64,000 nucleotides of DNA from NCBI RefSeq assembly GCF_009914755.1, contig NC_060933.1; one strand, written 5' to 3'. Position numbers and translations under genes: made by a program. The notes beneath the pieces were generated by a model. It worked only from the letters and a program-made list of their open reading frames with translations. It did no database searches and was not told the DNA's origin. Position 1 is the stretch's first letter. Every line of letters begins with the position of its first letter. Source of the stretch: the human T2T-CHM13v2.0 reference genome, Homo sapiens. Below, piece after piece: positions 36,168 to 49,332 of the stretch.

Positions 36168-36755
36168 GTAAGAGGAATAGGTGGAGAGGTCAGGGCCCAG
36201 CTGCCTCTCCTCGGCCCAGCACCCCTGTCCCACAGGCTCCTGCCTCTCCCCAGGGCCTCGCTGCTGCCCTTTGTCATTCCCAGCAACCCAAGGGCCGGGC
36301 GCTCCCCTCTGTGCCCTGTCCCGGAGCCCACGTCTGCAGCCTACCCCAGCTGTGTTCTCATCAAGCTCCTGCCTGGGTCACCCTGGGACAGTGGTTCTGC
36401 GTCCTATCCACTTTCGGACCTGGGCCCCCAAATACTCGCCTCTCTCTCGGTCACTTAACTCTCCTTCCCTGACTGTGGTCGTTGGGCTTTTGTTCTGTCC
36501 TTTTCCCTGGCCCCAGCCTGTCCCTTCCCATCACCTGCTCTCCCCAACCCCATTCCTGGGCCTGACCCTGACCATCGCCCTCCCCCGCACACAGGTGCCT
36601 GTTGCCTCCCTGGTCACCGCAGCCCGTTGTCCCCCATTGCCTCCCTCTCTCCTCCCATCCCCCCAGGCACCTGTGTGTGATGTGCTCTGTCTGTTGGTTC
36701 GGCTTTTTTTTTTTTTTTTTTTACCTCTGATTTGTTCTGGTCCATTTTCATGTAG

Positions 36756-37286
36756 GGCAGTGGTTCCGTGAATGGGAGCCCCTTGCTGTCAACATCTGGT
36801 GCTAGCACCCCCGGCCGCGGTGGGCGGAGGCAGCTCCCCCAGACGCCCCTGACTCCCCGCCCCAGCATCACCTACAAGACGGCCAACTCCTCACCCATCC
36901 ACTTCGCCGGGGCTCAGACCAGCCTCCCTGCCTTCTCCCCAGGCCGGCTCAGCCGTGGGCTTTCCGAACACAACGCCCTGCTGCAGAGAGACCCCCTCAG
37001 CCAGCCCCTGGCCCCTGGCTCTCGAATTGGCTCTGACCCTTACCTGGGGCAGCGTCTGGACAGTGAGGCCTCTGTCCACGCCCTGCCTGAGGACACGCTC
37101 ACTTTCGAGGAGGCTGTGGCCACCAACTCGGGCCGCTCCTCCAGGACTTCCTACGTGTCCTCCCTGACCTCCCAGTCTCACCCTCTCCGCCGCGTGCCCA
37201 ACGGTTACCACTGCACCCTGGGACTCAGCTCGGGTGGCCGAGCACGGCACAGCTACCACCACCCTGACCAAGACCACTGGTGCTAG
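36756..37286 (+). CDS. CACNA1B: CACNA1B terminal exon 46, long C-terminus (alpha1B-1)
   Basis: atgtag|GGC; [13 protein letters not shown]...[10 protein letters not shown] (proline-rich RIM-BP site)...HPDQDHWC-stop (DxWC PDZ ligand); TAG at 37284-37286. Confidence 0.97.
   Translation, partial: GSGSVNGSPLLSTSGASTPGRGGRRQLPQTPLTPRPSITYKTANSSPIHFAGAQTSLPAFSPGRLSRGLSEHNALLQRDPLSQPLAPGSRIGSDPYLGQRLDSEASVHALPEDTLTFEEAVATNSGRSSRTSYVSSLTSQSHPLRRVPNGYHCTLGLSSGGRARHSYHHPDQDHWC
36943..37167 (+). CDS. CACNA1B: CACNA1B terminal exon via internal acceptor, short C-terminus (alpha1B-2)
   Basis: ccttctccccag| lies exactly 187 nt downstream of the main acceptor; shifted frame [16 protein letters not shown]...GLPTCPP-stop agrees with the known alpha1B-2 tail. 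Confidence 0.85.
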   Translation, partial: AGSAVGFPNTTPCCRETPSASPWPLALELALTLTWGSVWTVRPLSTPCLRTRSLSRRLWPPTRAAPPGLPTCPP

Positions 37287-39900
37287 CTGCACCGTGACCG
37301 CTCAGACGCCTGCATGCAGCAGGCGTGTGTTCCAGTGGATGAGTTTTATCATCCACACGGGGCAGTCGGCCCTCGGGGGAGGCCTTGCCCACCTTGGTGA
37401 GGCTCCTGTGGCCCCTCCCTCCCCCTCCTCCCCTCTTTTACTCTAGACGACGAATAAAGCCCTGTTAGAGGATGCGGCTCTCTCTGTCCCCTTCCTGTCC
37501 TGCCTTCCTGGGTCTCGTACCACACACCAGACCCTAAACCGCAGGCTGCTGTGTGTGGCTGAGAAGGACCCAGGAGTCCAAATCCCGTGTCCTGGGACTC
37601 AGCATCCAGCATGGGTGCTTGGAGCCGTTGTGAGGAGCTCTGCGTCCTGTGGGGAGCACCCTTCACGTGGCCGTGCGGCACAGAGAAGCAGGGCCCACCT
37701 GAAAGTGCGCCGAGACCTCGGGACGGAGGGGATGGGGAGGGGGACACAGTCGTGGCTTGTGCAGCCCGCCAGTGTCAGCGAATGCTCACTCAGGCAAGCT
37801 CTGTCCTCCCTGGACACCGTCAGCCCCACAGGAACCGAGCTGGGAAGTGTTCTTGCTGTGGTTGTGATTTTTAATTGCAACACCTCTCATTCTTGTCACT
37901 TCTATATACGTGATGTAGAAAAAATGGAAAACCAGAAAAATGGGGAAGGAAATGTTCACATAACTTTAAAAAATCAAACCTGTGAAAGAAAGATGTCAGC
38001 TTTTTGCCACGTGTCTTTGTGGCTTATGCGAGGAGACTCCCTGTGCAGCCCTGTCCGGTCCAGGTGGACGTAGACGGCCCCTGGCTCTGCTGCTCTTGAC
38101 CAAGTGCCTGACCGCCAGGCCCTCACACCCAGGCTCCTGGGCACTGTGGTGTGAGGCGAGGCCTCGGGATCCATCACTGCAGGATGTTGTGAAAAGTACT
38201 CGCGATGGCAGCCAGGTAGCAAGCCCTTGCCAGTGGAGAGCACTGGATGTCATGGTGGCAAACAAGGCAGCCATTTGCTGTCCTCCTCCCACGAGTGGAA
38301 GGGGTTTCCAAGGAAGCCACAGGGCAGCTGACCACGTGCTTGTGTGAGGCATTTTCAGTCTGTTCTGCATATGATTCTCAGGGCACACTCTGTGGTATGT
38401 GAAATAGGTTTCCTTCCACATACAGCAGAAGAGAGGCAAAGGCTGGTAGGAAGGAGGAAGACATTGGCTGGGGGCTTGGATGTGGGGCCGTCAGGGCAGG
38501 AGGGAGGAAGCCCCAGCTGGAATGAAACTCAGAGCAAGTGACCGAGGGAGGACACGGCTCCTGCCACTGAGGCCGGGCACCTGATGCCCAGCACTGTCCT
38601 GGCGCCAGACACAGGGAGCAGGCAGTCAAGTGAGGTCTGACCCCCATGGCCACGCTCAGGAGAGAAAGACCATGCTCAGGACACTGTCCAAGGTGCACAA
38701 GATGCTGGGAGGTCCCTTGTTTGGTGAAGAAAGGGAGCATTTAGAGCAGTTGATGGTGGTGTGTCCTCCGTGTTCTGAAATTCCAGATGATCTGTGTTGG
38801 ATTCTTGGCTTCTACCCCATGATTCTCCTCAAAGAAATTGTGTGTGATGTGTGTGTGTGTGTGTGTGTGTGTGTCTGTGTCACAGGAGATGCAGTGCCTG
38901 TACAGGTGTGTTCAGTGTGTGGATGTCATTAACCCATAGGGCTATGCAACAAAAGACACATTTAATAGAAGTAAAACACACAAGACCGCTGCCTGGTCTC
39001 GGGGTTCAGCATGATTGTGACCAAACCTTTTTATAGAATTTCCTTACCTGAAGGCACAACACTCTGAAACTTTAAAGATAACAGAGTATTTTATTCCAAT
39101 AGAATAAACCAGGAATCTCGGACTGTGCATGTGATCACTGTGCTCCTGTTGCAAAGTAGAAGGATGTGTATTTTGACACTGACGTTTTGTCTCTTGTTCC
39201 CCAGCCCCCAGCCCATGTTATCTTGGGTGTCGAATGTGTCCATTCCATGCAGAACCACAGCCATTTCCCCAGGCAGTGTTGGGTCGAGAATCCACTTTTC
39301 TAAACCCACACAGCCTAGCTGGCTTGTCTAGACTCTTCTAGGCATTGGAATTGATGAAAACTACAGGGAGCGGGGAAAGGAGACATTATGTCTTGTTTTC
39401 CTGACTTTGGGTTTTGTTTCTCACTGTGTCTTCTCCGGCTATCATATATGTCCCCTGAATCTCATAGTGAGCTGCCAAATTTGAAGTGCATCACCCAGTT
39501 GTCTGCATCTGGAACCAGTCAAGCAGTGGCTGTAGTTTGAACAAGTTATGTGTGCATGTAACATATATACATATATACATATATACAAGTATGTGCATGA
39601 TAATGTATATCTTCGTACTTTTTGATACAATGTATTCATTTGTTAATTTTTAATTATATTTGATATAAATCAAAGGTTTGTTGCAAAACTTTATATTTAA
39701 GAAGTGTTAAAAAAAAAAAAAAGTCCCAACCATGCAACACAACTGGGACCTACTTAAAAAGAAATTCTGTGATTGACTAGTTTGCTGCCTGAGTCATATT
39801 TATCAGCCAAACTTTGGATTCTGCTGTTGTTTCTACAATGACATTTTGTATGAAGCAAAGTCCTTGAATTAAAATAAAAACTTAGCAAAAAATCAAAAAC
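37287..39900 (+). other. CACNA1B: CACNA1B 3' UTR (end approximate)
   Basis: Unique, repeat-poor sequence after the stop; (GT)n at ~38840-38880; AU-rich distal part; ends after ATTAAA/AATAAA at 39868-39878. Confidence 0.8.
39868..39878 (+). terminator. Distal polyadenylation signal of CACNA1B (overlapping ATTAAA and AATAAA)
   Basis: gaattaaaataaaaa preceded by TTTTGTA upstream element, followed by GT-rich sequence. Confidence 0.75.
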
Positions 39901-39980
39901 AAAACCCCACCATGCTGCCATTGGTATATGCAAGGGTGTGGGCCTGGGGTGCACTGCTAGGAGGGGTCAGAAGAAAGTGA

Positions 39981-40352
<372 letters not shown>

Positions 40353-40418
40353 TGAGAGTGTGGTGAGGATCAAGGGAGGCACTTGGCAGGAGGAGGCAGA
40401 TTCAACTTCCCTGGGGAT

Positions 40419-40471
40419 CAGGGTTAGGGTTGGTTAAGATTACAGTGGTGGGTTAGGGTTGGGGTTGGGTA
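40419..40471 (+). repeat. Short degenerate telomere-like patch
   Basis: cagggTTAGGGttgg...gggTTAGGGTTGGGGTTGGG. Confidence 0.5.
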
Positions 40472-40546
40472 GAGGAGGTTCTGGGAGGCTGTGTGAGTTT
40501 GGGGCACAGAGCTCCTCTTAAGATGCCCCAATAATCATTCGCTCTG

Positions 40547-41090
40547 CTGTTAAAATGTTAGGATATTGCTAGCTACATGCTGATAAGGACAAAGGGGACA
40601 TCCTTAAGAGAAACCTGGCACCATAAGTACAGATTAGGGCAGAGAAGGACATTCGAAAGAGATAGGCAGGCACAGTAGGTACAGACATGACCACTGTAGG
40701 ACCTTCCTGGAGTGGCAGGAAGGAGCCCAGCCCCAGCAGTGGAATCACACTGATCACTGCACATATGTGTCAGCCAACAGTGAGGGGGTCCCACAAGCCT
40801 GGGTGGGGCAAGTCAGGGATCTAAGGAAGGAGCAGGAGAACCAGACAAAGAAAAGAGGTGGAGACTTGAGGAATGTGAAGAAGTCCAACATAAAACTCCC
40901 TGCTCAGGACCCTGGGGCTGTGTTCCTGCAGATCAGCCCCACTTCTCCCTTGAGGCATACTTATTTTTTCTACAATAAGCTCTTTACACTATATTTCTTT
41001 TCAATGAAGTTATCTGCCATCTTTGTACTGCCTCTTGGTGAGAATCTTTCTTTCAAGTTAGACAAGAACTGGGACATCAGGTCTCCCCAG
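40547..41090 (+). mobile_element. ERV LTR-like element (family uncertain; resembles subtelomere-associated LTR60-type)
   Basis: TG start, TATA-like cataaaa, poly(A)-like region and U5-like tctttctttcaagttagacaagaac end. Confidence 0.5.
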
Positions 41091-41539
41091 TATTAGCTCC
41101 ATTTCAGTTTGAATTTGCAGAATTGATAGTGCTGAACAACCTGCACTCCAACTTTAAGTGGTGTAGGAAGAGGCCAGCAGGGTCAGACCCTGAAAACAGA
41201 CCAGCCACGTCTCCCAGGTGGACGCAGCGGGTTCTCCACGAGCGTGACTTGGGGATTTACGGCACTGAGACCGTGCTACCCACCCCCCCTTAAAAATCCC
41301 TCGTGGCTCCCAGTTGCCCTGAAGGGGAATCCCAAACTCTTCAGAGGCAGCACATGCTGGTGGGTGAGAGTTGGGAGCCTGAGTCCAAGTTCCAGCCTGG
41401 CTGCTATCGGCTGTGTGACCACTGGCAACTCGCCTAACCTCTCTGGGCCTCACGGGCTCGTTGGAGGATGTGGTGAGAGAATGACCGAGATGAGCTTAGC
41501 ACAGTGCTGGCCACACTGTCGCTGTTCAATGCCAGGTGG

Positions 41540-43560
41540 CTGTGGCAGCAACAGGGCCCTGCAGTGTCTCCAGCCGCCAGCAGGGTGCGTGCCGCCACTA
41601 CACTGGGAGCAAGAGGGCCCTGCAGTGCCCCCGGCCGCCAGCAGGGGGCGCGAGGCCATGACACCGTGAGCAAGAGGGCCCTGCAGTGCCCCCGGCCGCC
41701 AGCAGGGGGCGCAAGGCCATGACACCGTGAGCAAGAGGGCCCTGCAGTGCCCCCGGCCGCCAGCAGGGGGCGCAAGGCCATGACACCGTGAGCAAGAGGG
41801 CCCTGCAGTGCCCCCGGCCGCCAGCAGGGGGCGCAAGGCCATGACACCGTGAGCAAGAGGGCCCTGCAGTGCCCCCGGCCGCCAGCAGGGGGCGCAAGGC
41901 CATGACACCGTGAGCAAGAGGGCCCTGCAGTGCCCCCGGCCGCCAGCAGGGGGCGCAAGGCCATGACACCGTGAGCAAGAGGGCCCTGCAGTGCCCCCGG
42001 CCGCCAGCAGGGGGCGCAAGGCCATGACACCGTGAGCAAGAGGGCCCTGCAGTGCCCCCGGCCGCCAGCAGGGGGCGCAAGGCCATGACACCGTGAGCAA
42101 GAGGGCCCTGCAGTGCCCCCGGCCGCCAGCAGGGGGCGCAAGGCCATGACACCGTGAGCAAGAGGGCCCTGCAGTGCCCAGGCCGCCAGCAGGGGGCGCA
42201 AGGCCATGACACCGTGAGCAAGAGGGCCCTGCAGTGCCCCGGCCGCCAGCAGGGGGCGCAAGGCCATGACACCGTGAGCAAGAGGGCCCTGCAGTGCCCC
42301 GGCCGCCAGCAGGGGGCGCAAGGCCATGACACCGTGAGCAAGAGGGCCCTGCAGTGCCCCCGGCCGCCAGCAGGGGGCGCAAGGCCATGACACCGTGAGC
42401 AAGAGGGCCCTGCAGTGCCCCCGGCCGCCAGCAGGGCGTCCACACCGGGCCGAAGCGAGGGTGAAGCCCGCGTCCTCCTCGGCACAGACCCGGGGGGCAC
42501 CGCCTCGCTTTGGGACAACTCGAGGCCATGGTGAGTAAAATCCTTCCTGTTTGCAGCCCTGACTACTGAGGGTTAGAGACCAGTAAGCGGGGTCGGTGTG
42601 GGAAACTGGAAACCAAAAGCCCCTCTGAATCCTGCGCACTGAGGTTCTCCCCACCCAAGGCGAGGCGGGCGCAGTGCGAGGTCTACACCGCGGCCTTGGA
42701 ACACAAATGGAGCGTTCCTAATGCAGATATGCCTCCCGAAATACGAATGTGACACTCGCAGTGCTCAGGTAACAAACACCTGTAATGCTAATGCGCTGCC
42801 TCAATACAAAAATGTTAATATGAAACCCCATGCTCCCCACACGGCCCCGCAGTCCCCGCTCACAATAATCAACACTGACATAATCAAAACTAACGTAGCC
42901 TCCAGCTGCTCACAGCTGCTGCTGAGCTGGAGCTGCCTCGGGCTTGGCCTCCACAGTGGAGCTTGTTGTCGTATCTGCTTCACGGACGTGGAATTGACAC
43001 AGTTGTTTTAAAAAGTAGCTTACTTCCCAATAATTCCATACTTTCAGGAAACTTGCAGCGGTAGTGTGGAGTTTTCTTTCTCTTTTCTCTCAGATTCCTC
43101 AGCGGTTGTTGCTGAGCCAGATCTGCATCTCACAGAAAACACCCCAGTGTTTTTCACCCAAAACAGGGACCCCTCCCAGGTAAGCGCCAGGTGACCCCAG
43201 CGCAGGAGGCCACGTTTCTACCTGAGGGTCGTGTCCGCAGGCCCGTTTCACTTCGCAGCCATCATGGCTGGGTGGAAAATGTCTCTTTCCATCTGGGTCC
43301 AGTTTTCCTTTTCTGGAGCCTTCGCAGAGTTGAAGAGCAGAGCTGCCCCCAGCCTGGGTCTGCACAGCGGTTCCCCCTGGGCAGATGCAGACGCCGCACT
43401 CCAGGTGGGAACTCGCAGCCTCCGGCAGTGCTCCGCACAGCGAGTTCCCCGGAGGAGCACAGACCCACCCACACCCCACAGAGACCTCAGGGTGATTGCG
43501 ACAAAACTCTCCTTTACAAACAAGTCTCATCCCATCACTCTTCTTATTTAACTTTAACGA
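41540..43560 (+). repeat. TAR1 telomere-associated repeat, q-arm orientation
   Basis: 61-bp units, one 37-bp-repeat-like unit (gcgtcctcctcggcacagacccggggggcaccgc ~42470-42503), then typical TAR1 body (aaaatccttcctgtttgcagccctg..., cacaataatcaacactgacataatc). Confidence 0.85.
41611..42437 (+). repeat. 61-bp tandem array, 13 full units each with a CTCF consensus
   Basis: Unit AAGAGGGCCCTGCAGTGCCCCCGGCCGCCAGCAGGGGGCGCAAGGCCATGACACCGTGAGC; starts every 61 bp from 41611 to 42160, three 60-bp units (42160, 42220, 42280), then 42340 and a partial at 42401. Confidence 0.95.
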
Positions 43561-44113
43561 TGGTTTCCCACTGGCATCAGAACAGGGGTCGCAGAACTGA
43601 CCTGGCCCCCAGTCCCTGAGCGCTCCCACCTGCTGCCCTCTCCCGCCCAGCCCAGCCCAGCTGCCTGCGTTGCGGCCTCCACCTGCAGGGACACAGCAGG
43701 CTCTCGGGAGTCTTGGGAACTCTATGCACATCCAACACCCTCTTATCAAATACTCTTAAGATTCTGTCTACCTAGATCCTTCAAGTCACAGCGGTTATGA
43801 TGTCTAACAACACAAATGTTCTGACGTGATTTTTTTAGACCAAAAAAAAAATGTTTGGTAGATCATATGTGAGAATCACCCTTAATTTATAAATCAAGGA
43901 AATAGATACATAAAAGCAGAGTCCATATTTGGGATAATCAGTAAAGAAAAATAAAATCTCAACGCAGAATGAAAGGCAGAGGGCACCATTGATCATTGAA
44001 ATTTCATAAGAGTTTACTGGACAGAATATTACCTTACTATATTCTCCAGCCCTGTGTGTGTGTATGTGTGTGTATATCACACATATACCAGTTGCAAAAA
44101 ATTTCAGGTTTAA

Positions 44114-44438
<325 letters not shown>

Positions 44439-44480
44439 TACTCATGTTTACTTCATTAGTCAATACGGTTGATTAAGAAG

Positions 44481-44619
44481 TTAGGGTTAGGGTTGGGGTT
44501 AGGGTTAGGGTTAGTTTTAGGGGTTAGGGTTAGGGTTAGCTTTAGGGGTTAGTGTTGGGGTTTAGGGTTAGGGTTCGGGTTTGGGTTTGTGTAGTGTTAG
44601 GGCTAGGGTTTGGGTTAGG
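44481..44619 (+). repeat. Interstitial degenerate (TTAGGG)n telomeric tract
   Basis: About ten perfect TTAGGG plus TTGGGG, TTCGGG, TTTGGG, CTAGGG variants over 139 bp. Confidence 0.95.
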
Positions 44620-44722
44620 AGAATTGCTTGAACCTGGGAGGTGGTGGTTGCAGTGAGCTGAGAGTGTGCCACTGCTCTCCAGCCCAGGCGACAATGGGAG
44701 ATTCCGTCTCAAAAAAAAAAAA
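44617..44722 (+). mobile_element. 5'-truncated Alu right-arm fragment joined to the telomeric tract
   Basis: aggagaattgcttgaacctgggaggtgg...gtctcaaaaaaa starts inside the last TTAGG. Confidence 0.9.
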
Positions 44723-44804
44723 AGGATAGTAATACCTACTTTTAACAGTCATGAGCAACATTTTTTTTTAATGTGGGTCACTTCTTTATTTTTCTGATTG
44801 CTAG

Positions 44805-44932
44805 AGCCATGTCTCAAATGCAAACATCCTCGTGCTTACTTCATGCAGCTTCAGACTCGCTCTGCAGACGAGCTGATGACCACCTTCTACAAGTGCTGCA
44901 ATTCTCAGGGTGGACACTGCTGTAGGGATTAG
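44805..44932 (+). pseudogene. Unprocessed POLR3K (RPC10/C11) fragment: last coding exon with acceptor, followed by 3' UTR-like sequence
   Basis: tttttctgattgctag|AG CCA TGT...GAT TAG translates (E)[41 protein letters not shown]-stop; POLR3K ends [42 protein letters not shown]; no upstream exons in window. Confidence 0.92.
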
Positions 44933-45249
44933 GACTAGGATGGCCCAGCTGCTTCAGTGTGTGCTTACCTTGTCCCTTGGGGTAGATGCTTAGCTGGCAG
45001 TGTGAATCGTGTATCCTGAGGGTCTTTGCTGGTGTGGTGGAAAGACAAACCTTTTGAGGTGAAGAGCCAGGGTGTCAGGAAATGTGGCCTATCTGCTAGT
45101 CAGAGTGGATGAAGTCATGAATGTTGGGGAGTTTTTCTGTATGGGTAGGAGACGGAGACCCATAACTAAGTATGTGCTGTTTAAAGTCCTGTTCCTTCAT
45201 CTTCTACATTTATTGGCAGTTGACATTCCCTTACTCCCAATCAATACTA

Positions 45250-47820
<2,571 letters not shown>

Positions 47821-48354
47821 CAACTTCGATATGTTTTTTATAGGCAATTTTAAAAAAAATTTAATACTTCTTTATTTTTTTTGAATTTAACCTCAGAATG
47901 TGATTATAGGCAAAATTCAAAATGTAATAATAATTGAGTTTAATTTTTGTAATGTGGGTCTATTACTGAGAAGAGTGGATGCCATTTTGCTTAATTGGGG
48001 TTCACAGTTAATGTTCCCTGTCATCGAAATCAATTGCAAATGTGCATCTGTGAATGCTGGTTACGTGCAGGAGAGCAAATGAAGTACACCATTGACACCA
48101 CTGAAAGAGTCAATAGATTCACCACTGACAATGGATTCAGATATTTCCCACAGAGTTCTTGCTGATGAATAATACAGAGAAGCAGGTGTGGTGGCTCACA
48201 CTTGTCATCCTAGCACTTTGGGAGGCCAAGGTGGGTGGATCACCTAAGGTCAGAGGTTCGAGACTAGCCTGGCCAACATGGCAAAACCTCATCTCTACTA
48301 AAAATACAAAAATTAGCTGGGCATAGTGGTGCATGCTTGTAATCCCAGCTACTC

Positions 48355-49332
48355 TGTGGGGGAAAGGAAGAGAGATCAGACTGTTACTGTGTCTATGTAG
48401 AAAAAGGAAGACATAAGAAACTCCATTTTGATCTGTACTAAGAAAAATTCTTCTGCTTTGAGATGCTGGTAATCTGTAACCTTAGCCCCATCCCTGTGCC
48501 CACAGAAACATGTGCTGTGTTGACTCAAGGTTTAGGGGATTTAGGGCCGTGCAGGATGTGCTTTGTTAACAATGTGTTTGCAGGCAGTATGCTTGGTAAA
48601 AGTCATCGCCATTCTCCATTCTCCATTAACCAGGGACACAGTGCACTGCGGAAAGCCGCAGGGACCTCTGCCCAAGAAAGCCTGCGTATTGTCCAGGTTT
48701 CCCCCCAGTGAGACGGCCTGAGATATGGCCTCGTGGAAAGAGAAAGACCTGATCGTCCCCCAGCCCGACACCCATAAAGGGTCTGTGCTGAGGAGGATTA
48801 GTGAAAGAGGGAGGCCTCTTTGCAGTTGAGATAAGAGGAAGGCTTCTGTCTCCTGCTCGTCCCTGGGAATGGAATGTCTCGGTGTAAAACCCGACTGCAC
48901 ATTCTATTTACTGAGATAGGAGAAAACTGCCCTGTGGCTGGAGGTGAGACATGCTGGCGGCAATACTGCTCTTTACTGCACCGAGAGGTTTGTGTAAAGT
49001 CAAACATAAACCTGGCCTACATGCACATCCGGGCACAGCACCTTTCCTTAAACTTATTTATGACACAGATTCCTTTGCTCATGTTTTCCTGCTGACCCTC
49101 TGCCCACCATTACCCTATAGTCCTGCCACATCCCCCTTGCCGAGATAGTAGAGATAGTGATCAATAAATACTGAGGAACTCAGAGACCAGCACCGGTGCA
49201 GGTCCTCACTTGCTGAGCGCCGGTCCCCTTTTCTTCCTCTATACTTTGTCTTTGTGTCTTATTTCCTTTTCTCAGTCTCTTGTCTCCATCTTGCAAGAAA
49301 TACCGACAGGTATGGAGGGGCAGGCCCCTTCA
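48355..49332 (+). mobile_element. HERV-K (HML-2) solo LTR, LTR5B-like, inserted into an Alu
   Basis: TGTGGGGGAAAGGAAGAGAGATCAGACTGTTACTGTGTC...GGGGCAGGCCCCTTCA, 978 bp, AATAAA 49163-49168; Alu halves at ~48182-48354 and ~49339-49460; degenerate TSD CTACTC/TTACTT. Confidence 0.92.

Noticed and set aside
41611-42437. CRISPR-like regular repeat
   Set aside because: Head-to-tail units with no unique spacers, no cas genes, eukaryotic context
41434-42654. Minus-strand ORFs of 306-406 aa
   Set aside because: Translation of the 61-bp array; open in all three frames because the unit lacks stops on that strand
44807-44932. In-frame mini-C11 protein from ATG at 42528 spliced to the AG at 44805-44806
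   Set aside because: Needs a weak GAG acceptor 2 nt downstream of a good TAG, and the last zinc ligand is mutated
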